From: a virus
Virus record (IMG/VR): IMGVR_UViG_3300020599_000004
Coordinates: 32,001-96,000 of that record
DNA: 64,000 nucleotides
Reading direction: 5' to 3' (one strand)
Shown here piece by piece: positions 8,077-18,643 of the stretch; within the stretch, counting starts at the first letter, position 1, and each line of letters opens with the position of its first letter. The notes beneath the pieces are model-generated. The model ran no database searches. It saw only the letters and a list, made by a program, of their open reading frames with translations, and was not told the DNA's origin. Both the position numbers and the translations under genes were made by a program.

Positions 8077-10968
8077 TCAGGACTTCCATCCAGGTGCCAG
8101 AGTTGCCGGTTGAGTCGGATTACCCGAAGTCGCCGGGATAGCCATCCCCACCGGAGTCTGGGAGATCCGGTAGTTACCCAACCTCGATACCTTGTCGATC
8201 TGCATGGTGCTAATCTGCGTAGCACCCGTGATGATCTTACCGATGTACATCCGGGTATCGGACTCAGCCTGCTCAGTCGTGGTAATCTGATAGGCAGGCG
8301 TGCTACCGGACCAGTTCACGTAGACGTAGAAGGTGGAGTTGGATGGATCAGCTTGAACTTCGGTAAGATCGAAGGAAGCAGGCGCCAATTGGTCGTACTT
8401 ACCTTTCATCACCACTGGCGTGGGGTCGGTAAAGTACACCATCCATCCTGCGGGGACTTGTTGGGACATCACCACGATCTTATCGGCACGTGTCTTAGCA
8501 GGCCAGGTGATAAAGCTGGCTTTATCGGTGGCATTGAGTTGGAATTCCAACTTGGTGTAGGCATCGGTGTCTTCGTCACCGTTACGCAGAGTACCGATGC
8601 CTACACCCGGCAGTGCGAAGTAGTGAGCAGGGGTGTTGTCGTAGTCATACTCCAGGTAGGCAAACCCTTCTATGGAGCCGTCGGTGTTTACGAAGAGCTT
8701 AAAGCTGTTGATCAGTAATCCCGAGCCTGGTCGGATGATGGCGCCCACACCGGTGAGGGTGATGGCGTAACCACCTGCCATTTTCGTGTAGATGCTGCCA
8801 GCGACCTGACTGGAGTTGGCCAACGTCATGGATGTATTGGTGGTAACCACACTGGAGTATTTACCTGCCAGAGTGACCAGACCGATGGAGTTGATCGTCC
8901 CTGTACGGGCATTGACTGAACAGGTGAAGACAGCCGCGCACTGCATCCCATCGGGCTGGATGGCCCAGAGGATGAAGATACAAGGTGCGGCAGCGTCGAC
9001 AGGGACGATCAGCTGACCTGCGGTGGCTTTAGGGGTACCCGTATAACCTGCCGCTGTGTACGCAGCTGCCTTCGCATTCGCAAAAGCCGTAGCATCCACG
9101 GTGACCATAGAGCCCACAACTTGGTTCTCATCGATGCTGCCGGGTCGTGACAGGTTACCGTCCCAGAAGATGGTGCACCGATTAGCCGTGATGTTACCCG
9201 ACTGGTCGATTTCGGTCAGGAATATCCCGTCATTTACATGACCTCCCACATCCGTGGACAGCTTACGATATGCCTTGGGTGAGTAACCAGGGATATCCGC
9301 ACCGCTGAGTGACTTGTACATGAACGTGGGAGATTCCCCGTTGTCCTTGTACTTGCCCACTGCACGTTTTAGGGTACCGGTGCCTTTGGAGATGGCGGTT
9401 AGATAGCCATTGGGCAGCAGACTGACTGCCTGGAACGCGCTCATAAAGGGACTCGGACCAATGGCTGCGGTGTCCTTGGTCTCTGTGGAGCTGACAAGCC
9501 CATTAGCTGGGGTGACGTCGAAGGGCTTGGTAAAGTTGGCCAGTTTGTATCGAACGATGGAATAAGTACCACCCGATAAGTTGGATGGGTAGACCATCAA
9601 CACGGTGCCATCTTCGGCTATCAGGTAGTTCTTGCCGCCGTAGTAATAGCTAGAGTTGCTGATCCAGCGGTTACTGTCGGAGTATGCCTGGTTGGAAAGG
9701 ATCATACTCGTCTTGCTGGCATTGTAGGTGATCTCACACCCGCCTTGGTACGCAGCATCCACCACCGCCGTCTTTGCCACTGGGTCGATGACCAGGCTTA
9801 GCATCATCTCGGTGTTAGCAAAGCTTGTAGCATCCGGGTAGATTCGGTACAGACCAAACAACGCCGTACGCAGCTTCCCGGTGGCAGCATCGACCTCGGT
9901 GTGGGTCATGAGACCGTTACGACTGCTGCTGAAGAAGTCCGTCTTATAAGGACTGGCAGGGTGGTGGAACACGGCGTCATCTGCGACGTTCTCGGACGAC
10001 AGCATATCGGCCAGACGGATGTTGGTCTGAGCGACCTTGTTCGACCGAACACCCGTGACATCCCATCCCGTGACAGGATTCGCCGCCGTGATGGTCCCTG
10101 CGATAATGTCCGACACCGCAATGTTGGCCACGACCTGTACTTCAAATGGCGTCGATCCAGGGTAATTGCCCTGGCGACCATCCAGTGCCAGCAGTACATA
10201 GACCCGATCGCCAACCAGTACAGGCTCTGCCAGTCGCCAACCACCCGAGACAGTGGGATTGATTTCCGACAATGGGATCAGTGCACCAATGTGCTTACTG
10301 TCATCCAGGGTGCCATTGCACAGCGCCACGAACATTTGTCGGTTCGTGTTGGCGCCTTCGTCAGAGATTTCCCCTAACAGCACACCCTTGTTACCTGCAT
10401 AGACCACCCGAACCTGTTTACCATCCGGGACGAAGGCAGGGTGGTAACGGCGGTTGGTGTAGATAGCGTTGAGTGGCGCAGTCAGCGCATTCTTCATGTA
10501 CGTATAGTACGCTCCAATCGACGCGCCATCGGTGGCATTACGCAGCCAGGTAAGTGTGCCGTCGCGCTCCAGTACCAGCGGCTGGGACATGTAACCGGTG
10601 CCGCCTAGCGTTGTACCCGACTCGTACGATCCTCCTACGCCAATGGGCAGGTAATCCAGCGTACCAAAGCGCGAGAACGGCAGAATGCCCGACGGCAGTT
10701 TCTGTGCAAACAGCGCATTGGATTCGGTCTTGTTGTAAGCACCGAGGGTGGCAGCGGTAACGTTGTGGGGATTGTTCTTGTTGGCGATATGGACATCGGC
10801 CAGGTTCTTGGCCGCTGCCGGGTAACTGGCCGCAGCAGCGCCACCCAGCGCCTGCGCATCGTCCGCTATGGACGAGGACGCAGGCTTCTTGGTCATGACA
10901 GTCTTCACCGCCGCGAAGAAGTCATCCATGGCATCCTTTACGGCCTGGTACTGATCCAAAACACTCAT
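8077..10968 (-). CDS. tail/baseplate-associated virion protein, 963 aa
   Basis: Long ORF with one NPH motif; N- and C-termini paralogous to the 981-aa and 232-aa neighbours. Confidence 0.8.
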   Translation of the reverse strand: MSVLDQYQAVKDAMDDFFAAVKTVMTKKPASSSIADDAQALGGAAAASYPAAAKNLADVHIANKNNPHNVTAATLGAYNKTESNALFAQKLPSGILPFSRFGTLDYLPIGVGGSYESGTTLGGTGYMSQPLVLERDGTLTWLRNATDGASIGAYYTYMKNALTAPLNAIYTNRRYHPAFVPDGKQVRVVYAGNKGVLLGEISDEGANTNRQMFVALCNGTLDDSKHIGALIPLSEINPTVSGGWRLAEPVLVGDRVYVLLALDGRQGNYPGSTPFEVQVVANIAVSDIIAGTITAANPVTGWDVTGVRSNKVAQTNIRLADMLSSENVADDAVFHHPASPYKTDFFSSSRNGLMTHTEVDAATGKLRTALFGLYRIYPDATSFANTEMMLSLVIDPVAKTAVVDAAYQGGCEITYNASKTSMILSNQAYSDSNRWISNSSYYYGGKNYLIAEDGTVLMVYPSNLSGGTYSIVRYKLANFTKPFDVTPANGLVSSTETKDTAAIGPSPFMSAFQAVSLLPNGYLTAISKGTGTLKRAVGKYKDNGESPTFMYKSLSGADIPGYSPKAYRKLSTDVGGHVNDGIFLTEIDQSGNITANRCTIFWDGNLSRPGSIDENQVVGSMVTVDATAFANAKAAAYTAAGYTGTPKATAGQLIVPVDAAAPCIFILWAIQPDGMQCAAVFTCSVNARTGTINSIGLVTLAGKYSSVVTTNTSMTLANSSQVAGSIYTKMAGGYAITLTGVGAIIRPGSGLLINSFKLFVNTDGSIEGFAYLEYDYDNTPAHYFALPGVGIGTLRNGDEDTDAYTKLEFQLNATDKASFITWPAKTRADKIVVMSQQVPAGWMVYFTDPTPVVMKGKYDQLAPASFDLTEVQADPSNSTFYVYVNWSGSTPAYQITTTEQAESDTRMYIGKIITGATQISTMQIDKVSRLGNYRISQTPVGMAIPATSGNPTQPATLAPGWKS

Positions 10969-10989
10969 GCGTGTTCTCCATTAAAGTTA

Positions 10990-11019
10990 GCGGGGAGTTG
11001 TCTCCCCGCCTTTATGCCG
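10990..11019. terminator. hairpin plus TTTATGCCG element
   Basis: GCGGGGAG-ttgt-CTCCCCGC then CTTTATGCCG abutting the stop at 11020. Confidence 0.65.
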
Positions 11020-13965
11020 TTATGGGAACCAAGCCGGGTTCAGGCTGCCAGACTCAGTCGGCAGACCTTCGCTGATCGGCACGGCAGACCCACAGGGCGT
11101 AGAGCTGATGCGGAAGTTGTCGAACTTGGTGACCTTCTCCACGTTCAGAGCAGTGATGCTGTTTACCCCCGTGACGATGGTACCGATGAACAGAGAACTG
11201 TTGTCCTCGTTCTCGTAACTGGTCGTGATCTCGTAGGAGGCCACCCCATCCACCAAGTTGACGTAGAGGTAGAAAGTCGAGTTCGAGGGGTCAGGTTTGA
11301 CCGTGGTGAGATCGATCGAGCCGATGGGCAGACTGTAGTACGCTCCACCCAGGATCACGGGAGTGACCTCGGTGAAGTAGACAATCCAACCCTGAGCGAC
11401 CTCTTGGGAAATCAGCACAGGAGACTGATCCTCAGTGGTCAGGTAAGTCCAGGTACTGAGTTGGGCTTTGGTCTTGGCAAACCCGCGGAAGATCAACTTA
11501 GTGTTCGAGTCGATCAGGTAGATATCTCCCACCCCGTATCCCGGCATGGCCGAATAACGAGCACCGGTGTTAGCAGCCGAGGATGCGGTGACTCCACCCG
11601 TGATCGCCGATCCATCGGACTTGTTAATACCGAAGCGGTACTTGGCCATTTGCGAGCCACCCGGGTAGGTATACTGCCCGGAGGCACCACCTGCAATCAG
11701 GTAAGCATCGCTCGTCTCATAAATCCCGATGTTGAGGTTGCGGTATGCGTTCATCGCATCGAAAACAACACCCGTAATGCCAGTGGCCGTTCCAACACTG
11801 CCACTGGCCACGAGGGTTCCGGGGACCATGGACGTGACAGCACCGGAGCGTGCGTTTACCGTCACCAGCGCCACCGCACAGCGACGTTCATTGGTGGGGC
11901 TCAGGGCGTACGACACCGAGGCAAATGCAGGGACATTGGCGTCCTGCGGAATGACCAGGTCGATGATCGAGGTACCGATGACATTACTTACGCTGTGCCC
12001 TGCCAAGACGATGATTTGATCACGCAATGTTTCCAAGGCTGCCTGCGTGGCAGATATCGTCCCACTGGTGGTCAGGTCGTCATTGATCGTTACCGGTCGC
12101 GACAACGCCGAGGCACTGTTCGATAGCACCGATCCGCTGACTGCCTTGAACCCTGTGTCATCGGCGTGGACAATGGTCCCCGTCAGCAAGGTGCGGGTGG
12201 CAGAGGCCTGGGTGATATCCACTCGATCCGTGGTGGGTGCGAACCCGGGAATGCTCGGGTACGTAATCGACTTGTACGTGTAGTTCGGTGTGAGGGGATC
12301 ACCTGGGTCTCTCAGACTGAACGATACCATGCCGTAGCTGTTACTGTTATTCCGGGTCATGGTCACTGCTTTGTTGTTGGGCAGGAATCGCAGTCCGTCG
12401 AATGCATCCCCAGCCGCCGAACCAAAACCCAGAACCACGTTCAGCGCTTCCCTGGTTTCCGGTGCTTTGTTGACGATGGGACCTTGGATAACATCGAATG
12501 CACTCGTGAACGTGTTCCACTTCCCGCGGTAGAGCGATTCGCTGCTGGCAGGGCCATAGGGCAGTCGACTGGTGAAAATCTGCCCATTGTTGGTGATGTA
12601 TGCCCGATACGAAATGTCCACCGAGGTGTAGTTTTCCAAGAACGAGCCGTTGCCTGCACCTACGATGCTGCCACCATAAACCAGTGTCCCGTCACCCGCT
12701 GGGCTCAGCGTTACCGGCGTCTGACCGGCGTCCAGGGTCACAGTCAGATCGCTCATGTTGACAGTAAAGCTGTAAGCGATCTTATTGGACTGTAAGCCCT
12801 TACCAGATCCACTGTACCGTGGATCTTGGTAGACCAGTACCCTCAGTTTGGATTGGTCAGCGTTGAAAATAGACAGGGTCATGACCCGACCCGATCCGCC
12901 GATATGGCGCTGACCGTCCCACCAACCACTTTGGTCACCGTTCACATGCTGGATAAGTGCAGGGGTGGTGGTGCCTTGAGCCTCGGAAACAGCTGCCAGA
13001 CGAATCTTACCCGTACTGTAAGTTGCCCCCAAGAAGCCCGTGCACTGACCTACTGCGCTCTGAGTCGGCGTGACTTTTGACCCACTGCCCAATGCAGAGA
13101 TCGGGATTTCATAGAGCGTGAAGTCCAGCGGTTCTGCGATGGTCGGACCACTCGGGCTGGCGTACTGGTTGTAGAGGATGTACACCTTCGAGTTTGCGAG
13201 GATAACTTCCGACTTGTTGAGGATGTCATCCCACGTGGGACCGTCCAGGAGGATACAGGTCGCATGCTTACTGTCGTCCAAAGTACCTTTGGTGGGGGTG
13301 ATAAAGATATCCCCCAGTGTCCCAGCCGCATTTTGGAAACGCCCTGCCAGGATACCTTGACCACCTTGGTACAGGTAAGCCACACTGGAGCCTGCCGGCA
13401 GGAAAGGTGGCAGATACCGGCGCGTCGTCATGACGATCTTCTTACCCGTCAATCCATTGACAGCGTCTGGCACGTAACCGTAGTACGCACTCTGACTGGA
13501 GCCATCCGTGCCATTACGCAGCAGGGCCAGGTTGCCGTTGGCTTCCAACTGCATGGAGAACATCTCCCGCAGGTTGACGCCATTAGGATTACCGGTAGCC
13601 CGTACGATTGACGCCCCTTCGAAGCTCCCGGCTACCCCTGCCGGCAGATAGTCCAGGCTACCGTAACGCGACAGCGGGATTACACCGGCCGGTACACAGG
13701 CCGCAGCAGAACTGTCGATTGCACTGATCGGGAATGCGTTGACTTGGTCGGGCGTCAAGTCATGGGGGTTGGCTTTGTTGTTGCTGTGCGTAGCCATATA
13801 CGCATCAGCCGTGGTCTTCATTTGGGTGGGCGTTTGACCGCCCAGCGTCGGTGCGCTATCAGCCAGCGCCACCGACGCGGGTTTCTTGGCCAGGATAGCT
13901 TTCACTTTCGCCGAGTAGTTGGCGAAGCTATCCATCAGATTCTGAAGTTCGGTTGCAATGCTCAT
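11020..13965 (-). CDS. tail/baseplate-associated virion protein, 981 aa
   Basis: Paralog of 8077..10968 (KKPAS, NPH, PLSRYGSLDYLP, C-terminal FDNFRISSTP). Confidence 0.8.
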   Translation of the reverse strand: MSIATELQNLMDSFANYSAKVKAILAKKPASVALADSAPTLGGQTPTQMKTTADAYMATHSNNKANPHDLTPDQVNAFPISAIDSSAAACVPAGVIPLSRYGSLDYLPAGVAGSFEGASIVRATGNPNGVNLREMFSMQLEANGNLALLRNGTDGSSQSAYYGYVPDAVNGLTGKKIVMTTRRYLPPFLPAGSSVAYLYQGGQGILAGRFQNAAGTLGDIFITPTKGTLDDSKHATCILLDGPTWDDILNKSEVILANSKVYILYNQYASPSGPTIAEPLDFTLYEIPISALGSGSKVTPTQSAVGQCTGFLGATYSTGKIRLAAVSEAQGTTTPALIQHVNGDQSGWWDGQRHIGGSGRVMTLSIFNADQSKLRVLVYQDPRYSGSGKGLQSNKIAYSFTVNMSDLTVTLDAGQTPVTLSPAGDGTLVYGGSIVGAGNGSFLENYTSVDISYRAYITNNGQIFTSRLPYGPASSESLYRGKWNTFTSAFDVIQGPIVNKAPETREALNVVLGFGSAAGDAFDGLRFLPNNKAVTMTRNNSNSYGMVSFSLRDPGDPLTPNYTYKSITYPSIPGFAPTTDRVDITQASATRTLLTGTIVHADDTGFKAVSGSVLSNSASALSRPVTINDDLTTSGTISATQAALETLRDQIIVLAGHSVSNVIGTSIIDLVIPQDANVPAFASVSYALSPTNERRCAVALVTVNARSGAVTSMVPGTLVASGSVGTATGITGVVFDAMNAYRNLNIGIYETSDAYLIAGGASGQYTYPGGSQMAKYRFGINKSDGSAITGGVTASSAANTGARYSAMPGYGVGDIYLIDSNTKLIFRGFAKTKAQLSTWTYLTTEDQSPVLISQEVAQGWIVYFTEVTPVILGGAYYSLPIGSIDLTTVKPDPSNSTFYLYVNLVDGVASYEITTSYENEDNSSLFIGTIVTGVNSITALNVEKVTKFDNFRISSTPCGSAVPISEGLPTESGSLNPAWFP

Positions 13966-14009
13966 GACGGTTTCCAGTCAGTTAGAGACAATCCTTCACA
14001 TCAACCGTG

Positions 14010-14708
14010 TCAGGTCCATGCCAAGGTACCCGACCCGGAGGGGTAGCCAGTGCTTACCGGGATCGAACTGCCTTTGGCAGTGGTGGACAGTCGGTAGTTG
14101 TCCAAACGGATTATCTCCGTTGGAACATCCTGGGTGAGAATGCCGCCGGACGAGCACTGGAACTGGCCAATGTACATGGTCACATCCGACTCTGCGATGG
14201 GTGATGTGGAGGGGATGGATACGTACGTGAACTCTCCATCTTTCAACTGGGCGTAAACGCAATAGGTTTTGCTGCCTGGTGAGGGGTCTCCCGCACTAAG
14301 GTCCAGAGCCGTTTGCGGGACAGCATAAACCTTTCCTGAGATGATGGCCGTGGTGGCGCCGAAAGTGATGACGAATGTCGAGGTGTTACCCGTTAGCGTA
14401 GTTCGTTTCCAGTAGGATACTGGCAGGATACCTGAGGGCACCAGATTCGCTAGGATGTTATCCATGGCTGCGCTGTCGTAGATACCCAGCAGCGCAGCCG
14501 TGTCATTGTGCGGGTTGGTCGCACCGACGTGGGCATCGTAGGAAGCCCTTAGGTTGGCAGTTAGTTGAGTGCGGGTTACCCCTGCTACCTGCGATGCGTC
14601 GTCCGCACTGAAGGCTCCAGAGCGTTTGCGCTGGAAAGCGCGTTTGATCTCAGCCGTGAAATTCTGGAGGCCCTGCGTGAATTGGGCAATCTCGTTGGAG
14701 AAATCCAT
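14010..14708 (-). CDS. tail-associated virion protein, 232 aa (short paralog)
   Basis: Shares N-terminal helix/NPH and C-terminal LDNYRLS...GSSIP modules with the two long paralogs. Confidence 0.78.
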   Translation of the reverse strand: MDFSNEIAQFTQGLQNFTAEIKRAFQRKRSGAFSADDASQVAGVTRTQLTANLRASYDAHVGATNPHNDTAALLGIYDSAAMDNILANLVPSGILPVSYWKRTTLTGNTSTFVITFGATTAIISGKVYAVPQTALDLSAGDPSPGSKTYCVYAQLKDGEFTYVSIPSTSPIAESDVTMYIGQFQCSSGGILTQDVPTEIIRLDNYRLSTTAKGSSIPVSTGYPSGSGTLAWT

Positions 14709-14786
14709 GTATAGCCCCTTTTAAGACAAAGACAAAATAGATAGGCCACCGGCTGGACAGCGTCGCAGCCGGTGGCCTTCAGGGGG

Positions 14787-16967
14787 TTATGCAAGCGTTG
14801 CCAGATCGGCCGCTGCTGCGTTGAACGCATCCGCCATGCCGGTCAGAACCGTTGCTGTTTGCGCCTCAGAGGTAAACGCACCGCCCGAGGTGAACTGCTT
14901 CTTGGTGGTGTCCAATGCGCCGACATAGTCACCGACATCATGGATGGCTTCCACCGGTATCATGTTCATCCCACCACAGAGGTCAGTGATGGTGACCTTC
15001 TGACGGTTCGGCAGATCTTTGGTCCAGAACAGGATGGCCTGGTCGGTGCCACCAGGGACTGTCCCTACCGTTGCCCACAGCTCAGGGCCACCCGCACCGT
15101 ATTGCGTGACGCAGGCAAAGGTACTGTTGACCGCGTCGTAGTTACCCGACAGGTCCGTGACCAGTCGTGCGTAACCCAGCTGCGAGCAACCAACGGTGGT
15201 ATCGAGCAAGGCACCACCCGCTACGATGAAGGCCACATCCAGTCGGTTGTTACCGGCTTGCAGGACGAGGTCAGCCGTACGAACGTAGGCGAAGTTGGTG
15301 TAGGCCACACCCCCTGGCATGTCATCCGAGACATCCGGCAGTACGTTCTGCAAAGCCGTCTTACTGGTCGAACCGCTGGACGCGGCATCGATCACTTCCT
15401 GGAGCGTTCTACCTTCCAGCTTCAGGGAGTTGGCAGACGTACCGGCCTGTGCCTGTGCCACGACTTGAGCGACTGTGAGGTTGTCATGCAACACAGCGTT
15501 CGCCGCAGTACCCCCCAGGATGGTGGCTGACAGGGTGGAGAGGTCCATGCCGTAAACGTTCGTGGCGTTTACAGCCGTAGCACCAGAGTCCAGCTTACCT
15601 GCCATCATCTGATTCACGGTGGCCTTGTCATAGGCGCCGACTTGTTCAGCCGTGGTGTGGTGAGGGTTGTTGTAGTCTTGGGCGTGCGCACCCACTGATG
15701 CATCGGCCATCTTGGCGATGGCATAACGTGTCATCAACGGCGTCATGTAGACGTCGTTGCGCAGACCGTCTTCTGCGTCGGCTTGCAGTGCCAGTCCCAG
15801 GTTCTGTACCAGACCCAACCCTACTTGCGACTTGGTCACACCGTGAGGGTTCGAGGTGTTGTTGATGTGACTGGTGAGCGAGTTACCGACCTGCGCTGCG
15901 ATAGCCTGCTTGGTCAGCGTGGGTGTCATGTAGGCGGTGTTGGACGAGCCATCTTCAGCTTGGGCTTGAGTAGCCAATCCGAAGTTTTGCACGTTCCCCA
16001 GCCCCACCTGTCCTTGTGTAACCTGGTGAGGGTTGTCACGGCGTGCCACGAACGCAGCGAAGGCATCGCCCACTTGGTAGGCGATCGCTTCCTTGGTCCT
16101 TAGCGGCGTCATGAAGCGAGCGTTACTGGCACCTTGCTGAGCTTCAGACGTCGAAGCGGTGGCATTGTTGTCGACGTTACCCAGACCCACTTGCGCTTTG
16201 GTGGTGGCGTGAGGGTTATCTATGCGGTTGGCGTGCGCATTGATCAGAGGCACTGCGTAGAAGTCGATCAGGTTCTTCGACCGCAATGGCGACATGTAGA
16301 GCGTGTTGCTCGTACCGGCCTGCGCCTCGCCGATGGTAGCCATCGGGTAGTTGCCCACCAACCCCAGTCCCACCTGAGCAGCCGTCACCTGGTGCGGGTT
16401 GTTCTTGTTGTCGATGTGGTTTTGCAGTGCGTTACCGGAAGAGGCACCGATCGCTGCTGCGATGTCGGCCAGCTTGTCGACAATCTCACCTGCACCGTAC
16501 CAGTCGTCGATCGAGTATTCGTGCGCGATCGGCGGGAACTGGTAGGGCACATCAACCACCTGTTCCCAGGTGGTGATCCGGGGATCAAGCAGGGTATTGG
16601 CCAGGATCTCGGCGATCTTGGCTTCATCGATAGTCCAGTCACCACCTACCGTCTGGTATTCCAGCGAGACCGTACCGGTAAGGGTATGGTCGTAGAAGGT
16701 GATCGAGCCGTAGATACCCAGACCAATGGAATGAGTGGCTGCTTGGAACGAGTGCGAGCAGGTAAAGTCGACCCCGTCGATCAGCACGTTACCACTGGGA
16801 TAGTGCGTAACCTTCAGCGAGTTGCGGAAGTACGGACCGGCCTTTGGGATGATGAAATAGAAGTCCAACATCCCAGGTGGCGTGATGACCTGCCGCTCAC
16901 CCTGTACCAGGTTCGTCGATGCTTTCCCGGTAGGGTCAAACGGATAAAGGAGTGCGTCAGTGTTCAT
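14787..16967 (-). CDS. tail fibre-like virion protein, 726 aa
   Basis: Start reassigned to MNTDALLYPFDP (ATG 16967); five NPH repeats; N-terminus paralogous to 6363..7811. Confidence 0.8.
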   Translation of the reverse strand: MNTDALLYPFDPTGKASTNLVQGERQVITPPGMLDFYFIIPKAGPYFRNSLKVTHYPSGNVLIDGVDFTCSHSFQAATHSIGLGIYGSITFYDHTLTGTVSLEYQTVGGDWTIDEAKIAEILANTLLDPRITTWEQVVDVPYQFPPIAHEYSIDDWYGAGEIVDKLADIAAAIGASSGNALQNHIDNKNNPHQVTAAQVGLGLVGNYPMATIGEAQAGTSNTLYMSPLRSKNLIDFYAVPLINAHANRIDNPHATTKAQVGLGNVDNNATASTSEAQQGASNARFMTPLRTKEAIAYQVGDAFAAFVARRDNPHQVTQGQVGLGNVQNFGLATQAQAEDGSSNTAYMTPTLTKQAIAAQVGNSLTSHINNTSNPHGVTKSQVGLGLVQNLGLALQADAEDGLRNDVYMTPLMTRYAIAKMADASVGAHAQDYNNPHHTTAEQVGAYDKATVNQMMAGKLDSGATAVNATNVYGMDLSTLSATILGGTAANAVLHDNLTVAQVVAQAQAGTSANSLKLEGRTLQEVIDAASSGSTSKTALQNVLPDVSDDMPGGVAYTNFAYVRTADLVLQAGNNRLDVAFIVAGGALLDTTVGCSQLGYARLVTDLSGNYDAVNSTFACVTQYGAGGPELWATVGTVPGGTDQAILFWTKDLPNRQKVTITDLCGGMNMIPVEAIHDVGDYVGALDTTKKQFTSGGAFTSEAQTATVLTGMADAFNAAAADLATLA

Positions 16968-17069
16968 CGAGTTACCCTTATTGGGAAAGAAGACGGACAA
17001 TGGTCGAAAATGAATATGACGACATTGTTTAAATTTATGTTGCCATACAATTTGCTGGAGGGTTAAAGC

Positions 17070-18338
17070 GTGTACCAGTACGAAGGCGCAGTTGTGCAGA
17101 TGAAAGAATCCCGCGGCCGCTGGGTGAGCGCGGATCTCTCTCTGGCACCGGTAGCTACTCTGTTCGATACCTACATGGGAGTTTACCTGATCCTGTCGCA
17201 CTATTCGCTGGACCACAAAGTCTCCCTGGACTTGAGCGAAGTAGCGTCGGAGATCTCGGGTCTAGTGGATACGGCCACCGTCACGGATTGGCTAACGCTG
17301 CGGGGCGATAGGACGCTACCCACCAGTGACGTACTCCCCACCATCACCACCAAACAAGTCAAGTACAACGATGCTTGGCAAGCTGGCTATACCATGAACT
17401 TCGTCCACCCGTTCTACCATGTGGACACCCAGATCATGGAGACCGAAAAGACCGATGTACTCATGGTCCGAGAGGATACCGATTACGAGCAGTTCTACAA
17501 GAATTGCCTGGTCACGGTGAACGGGCTGATCCACCGTACGGACTTTGATGAATACGGCATCAGGATCAAGGACGCAGGCACGTCAGTACGACAGGCCAAT
17601 GAGAACCATATCGGTATCCTGAGCTTCCGGGAGATTGGTGAGATCGAGATCATTAACATCACCGAAGACATGATCTATAACCCCAACCCTGGGGCTAAGC
17701 TCAAGGAAGCAGCCTACCTGAAGGTGGAACAGTCCATGGAAGGTAAGGTCGTTATGCTCGTGCTCGGTGGTTACTTGCACGTGCTGGAGTCTTACTACTA
17801 CGCCATCGGTGACCATGCCATCAAGATCGACATGGCCAATTTCCCCTTCATCCAACGGTTCTATGCCTCGAAGAAGCTGCTCGACATGAGCAACGTCATG
17901 GCTGATTGGCAAAGTGATCCGAATAACGACGAACACTTCGCCATCTCGGATCTGTTCAGCGACACGACCATCAAGAAGTACCTGACCATGAGTCAGTCCT
18001 TCATCGTGCTGTTGGATGCTGACAACCTCTATGTCGAGAAACACAAGGTCGAGTACACCGGCCTGCCTGGGCGTTACTACGCTCACTCTCGTCCAGAGTT
18101 CCCACTGAGGACAGAACTGGGTCGTCTGCCCGAATACATCGCTATTCCTGAGACGGATATCTGGGTACTGGCTATCCAGGACAACTTCTCGACCAAGTAT
18201 CGCTTTGAAGCTACTAACTACCGCGATGAACCGGGCATCGATCCCCAGCGTGAAACCCTGAAGCCTGTTTACTATGCGCAGGGTCATCTGCTGGAAATCG
18301 GCAGCGACATCGCAGGTTTCACCCCTACCACGGCATAA
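17070..18338 (+). CDS. probable virion structural protein, 422 aa
   Basis: GGAGG RBS and GTG start; tail-cluster context; function from context only. Confidence 0.6.
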   Translation: MYQYEGAVVQMKESRGRWVSADLSLAPVATLFDTYMGVYLILSHYSLDHKVSLDLSEVASEISGLVDTATVTDWLTLRGDRTLPTSDVLPTITTKQVKYNDAWQAGYTMNFVHPFYHVDTQIMETEKTDVLMVREDTDYEQFYKNCLVTVNGLIHRTDFDEYGIRIKDAGTSVRQANENHIGILSFREIGEIEIINITEDMIYNPNPGAKLKEAAYLKVEQSMEGKVVMLVLGGYLHVLESYYYAIGDHAIKIDMANFPFIQRFYASKKLLDMSNVMADWQSDPNNDEHFAISDLFSDTTIKKYLTMSQSFIVLLDADNLYVEKHKVEYTGLPGRYYAHSRPEFPLRTELGRLPEYIAIPETDIWVLAIQDNFSTKYRFEATNYRDEPGIDPQRETLKPVYYAQGHLLEIGSDIAGFTPTTA

Positions 18339-18369
18339 ACGGGAGGGCGCATGCCCTCCCCTATGCCCG
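18331..18369. terminator. bidirectional terminator between convergent genes
   Basis: CGGCATAAA, GGGAGGGC-gcat-GCCCTCCC, then TATGCCCG. Confidence 0.7.
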
Positions 18370-18370
18370 A

Positions 18371-18640
18371 TCAGTTAGAGACCGATACCCAGGGACTGCC
18401 TGGGGTAACCGCATGACCACAGGTGGCCAGTTTTCCAGCAAAGGTAATAGGGATGCCATTGATCGTCACAAAGGAAGAACCTTCCGCGATCTTAGGCGAC
18501 GCATGTGCACCATTTCCGTGACCTGCCACAGCATCCCCGACGCAAGAGACGGGTTTGCCATCGATGGTTACAAAGGACTGAACACCCCCTTGAATGATGC
18601 CACCTGCTTGATCTTGTCCTACCACGGCTACACCTGGCAT
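18371..18640 (-). CDS. PAAR-domain spike-tip protein, 89 aa
   Basis: PAAR-type repeats (IDGKPVSCVGD, INGIPITFAGK) with His/His/Cys metal ligands; follows the spike gene. Confidence 0.88.
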   Translation of the reverse strand: MPGVAVVGQDQAGGIIQGGVQSFVTIDGKPVSCVGDAVAGHGNGAHASPKIAEGSSFVTINGIPITFAGKLATCGHAVTPGSPWVSVSN

Positions 18641-18643
18641 GGT

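Noticed and set aside
6363-16967. DNA repeats such as CCCAAACCGACCTGAGCCTT as a CRISPR or mini-array
   Set aside because: They are the coding repeats of the NPH...AQVGLG units, without unique spacers or cas genes
16968-17216. 83-aa N-terminal extension of the 809-aa ORF
   Set aside because: Overlaps the divergent gene at 17070 and the promoter gap; paralogy supports the start at 16967
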